Assembly: GCA_040285825.1 (NCBI GenBank) | Contig: JAUPSS010000011.1 | Coordinates: 1,065,658-1,129,657 of the forward strand | Reading direction: 5' to 3' | DNA length: 64,000 nt | DNA from: Eukaryota sp. TZLM1-RC | Lineage: Eukaryota > Protista > Metamonada: BaSk clade | Shown here: positions 61,891-64,000 of the stretch, piece by piece | How the letters are laid out: each line of letters starts with the position of its first letter | Numbering within the stretch: the first letter of the stretch is position 1 | Position numbers and translations under genes: made by a program | The notes under the pieces: model-generated | Seen by the model: only the letters and a program-made list of their open reading frames with translations | What the model was told of the DNA's origin: nothing | Databases searched by the model: none

Positions 61891-62412
61891 AGTAACTTTG
61901 AAGGCTTGTCGAATCTACTTATGCTCTAAGACTTTATGTGCAATTTTACATTACACGTCTACAATTTGGTGGTTGAGGTGTATTTAAAATTTCGCCAATA
62001 GTAAAATCAATCGATTATTTTGGAGCTGCAAGGTAGCGTTGGTGACAACTAGAAAGTTGTTTAGATAGATTTGCCAACTTGTTTTTCTTCATGTGGATGA
62101 TCCAAATTTGAAGAGAAATCTTGCTAGATTACACAATATTCAAAACACAGTTTGAAATACAGTGTGAGTCATTAAATGATGACTTGACAACAATAAAAGA
62201 AATATCGTGTAATTGGTCAACACAGTGGTGATCACATGTCCTGGTTGAATCAAATTGTTTAGGCATATTGGAATTTCATTGTTTTCAATAGCCTTGTATG
62301 AATTGTTGCTTTTCGTTTCACATAGTAATATAGAATAACTGATATCTTAATACCGTGTTAATAGGGCTTTCTGATGAAAAGTATATTGAGTATTTAATCA
62401 ACAACAACTTTG

Positions 62413-63269
62413 TTTTTGCAAACTTTTTGATTGATCTTGAAGACAGTTGCCCAAGTTGCCTAATCTCCCAAATTCCCAACATTTATGGCCTTCTTCTGAA
62501 TGATCACCAATGGACCACTGCAATGAGAATGAGATGTTTTCTATGGCCTTGTTCATTACCAAATGATTTAATTTGTCGCTGCAAGAGTGTTGTTACGTTT
62601 TCCCATATTTTAAACTGTAAGTATTTTATAACTTATCGCTCAATTGTTAATGACTCAGTTCGTGATCAATTATATGCCATGTGCAAAAGTTTCAATATAG
62701 AGGCATTTATTGAGCCACTAGTGCGTAAGCTGTCTTCAGATCAAACTGATGATCTCTTGGGTAAAAGGAGGGCAGATTAAGTAGCTCCAGGGATCGATGG
62801 TGTTCTCAATGTTGTAGATGTTGTCTCAGTTCATGTTTGCAAAAATTCTGCTGCTCTTTTAGTGTTTTCCGCTGATTCGTCGCTGTCTAACGCCGAAGAA
62901 AGAAGATAAAAAATATGAAGAACCTTTGGCACAATTAGGTAGAGTGGAATATGTGAAATATCAGTTTGTGCCGTTTGCAATTTCTCATTTTGGCAATATT
63001 GGACCTTCAGGGTTGCACTTTTTTGAAAATTTTAAAAAGGTGTTACTGAATAGGTCTGGTAAAACAATGAACTCCACTTTCTGGTTAAATAGAATTGTTT
63101 TTTGCTTTTTCAAGTCTATTCCAACAATGATTTCAAAGGCACTTTTAGCTATTGGTGTAGAATATGAACGTCATGCTGTGAGTAGGTTCAGTAATAGTGA
63201 CGCTTGTTTGGAGGATCTTGAATTCTAGATGGGTTTTTTTATCTCAATATATATTCCAGTTTTAAAAAA
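62413..63269 (+). mobile_element. Family A 3' end
   Basis: Duplicate of 44640-45497, sharing the RRAD* stop. Confidence 0.9.
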
Positions 63270-63412
63270 TCAACAACAAATTATCAAAAGCATTCCTGGC
63301 AATTGTTTGGATCAATTCAGTATATCAATCTAAATGACTTCACATTCCAAATATTGAATGAATTGACTTTGTGTAGTTCGTGAAGAGGGTGATGGGTAAA
63401 TATCTTTATCAT

Positions 63413-64000
63413 GTATGAAAAATTTACTGTTTGAGTGACAACTTCGGTTTGATCAAATTCCTTTGAATGAATCACATCCTTTATTAATTTCTCTTGAAAA
63501 AATGGTGCAAGAACTACCTGTTGATTTTTGGAATAAGAGTTTTCCTTCAAGTTTGCCTGCTGTGCCTTCGAGATCTTTCACCAACCTTCATCTTGCTGTT
63601 GTGAAATTACAGAAGTCTGTTCTTATTGTTTTTGAAGACCTGGATTTTTCTAAACGACTTAGTGTGACTAAGATTAATAATCCCGTCTTTGCTGCCTTTG
63701 TATCAGACATTCAGAACTGTACTAGTTTAATATCTCAGCAACCAAGGCCATTTGGTCTTCACTTAACAAATGAAGCTTGGAAACAAAACATGCTGTTGAG
63801 ATTAGGGATGTATCCAAGTGGTCTTTTGGATAATTCTTATTGCATTTGTAACAAAAAACCTACTGCCAATTTCCGTCATATTGTGAGCTGTAGAAAATTT
63901 CTCCAATATAAGTCAGGTCAGTTCCTCATAATGCAGTTTCTGATGTGGCATATGAGATGTTTAAGTGTTACAATTTTAGTTGCAAAGTAAAACCGTTGTT
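63413..64000 (+). mobile_element. Family B fragment (runs off the window)
   Basis: Matches 45635-46220. Confidence 0.88.

Larger units (their letters stand above)
58905..64000 (+). repeat. Segmental duplication copy 2 (runs off the window)
   Basis: Collinear with 41114-46220. Confidence 0.92.

Overview
AT-rich eukaryotic DNA, probably from a compact protist genome (spliceosomal introns of only 27-32 nt with GTATG donors; cytosolic RPL26). There is a small island of host genes: a membrane-anchored D-aminoacylase-like amidohydrolase, FAM221, RPL26, a 14-domain saposin polyprotein, a type I membrane protein, a permuted papain-like protein and an RCC1-LRR chimera. These sit in a dense patchwork of mobile DNA. 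At least six diverged families (my labels A-F) of CRE-like non-LTR retrotransposons with RT plus restriction-like endonuclease (RLE) are present, mostly as 5'-truncated 3' ends stacked head-to-tail. There are also Ty3/Gypsy integrase relics, hAT-type MITEs and termini, and a ~12.5 kb tandem array of a ~1.2 kb chimeric retroelement-derived unit flanked by a ~5 kb segmental duplication. Three things stand out. (1) A Fanzor1/TnpB-like RuvC gene at 11822-12524 has Asn at both expected catalytic Asp positions and is followed by a ~140 nt multi-hairpin omega-RNA candidate. (2) A decayed giant-virus (NCLDV D6/D11-type) helicase and unknown AT-rich ORFs suggest endogenous viral DNA. (3) An LRR array varies almost only at codon positions 1-2 of its binding-face residues. 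All assignments are from motif recognition by eye; no searches were run.
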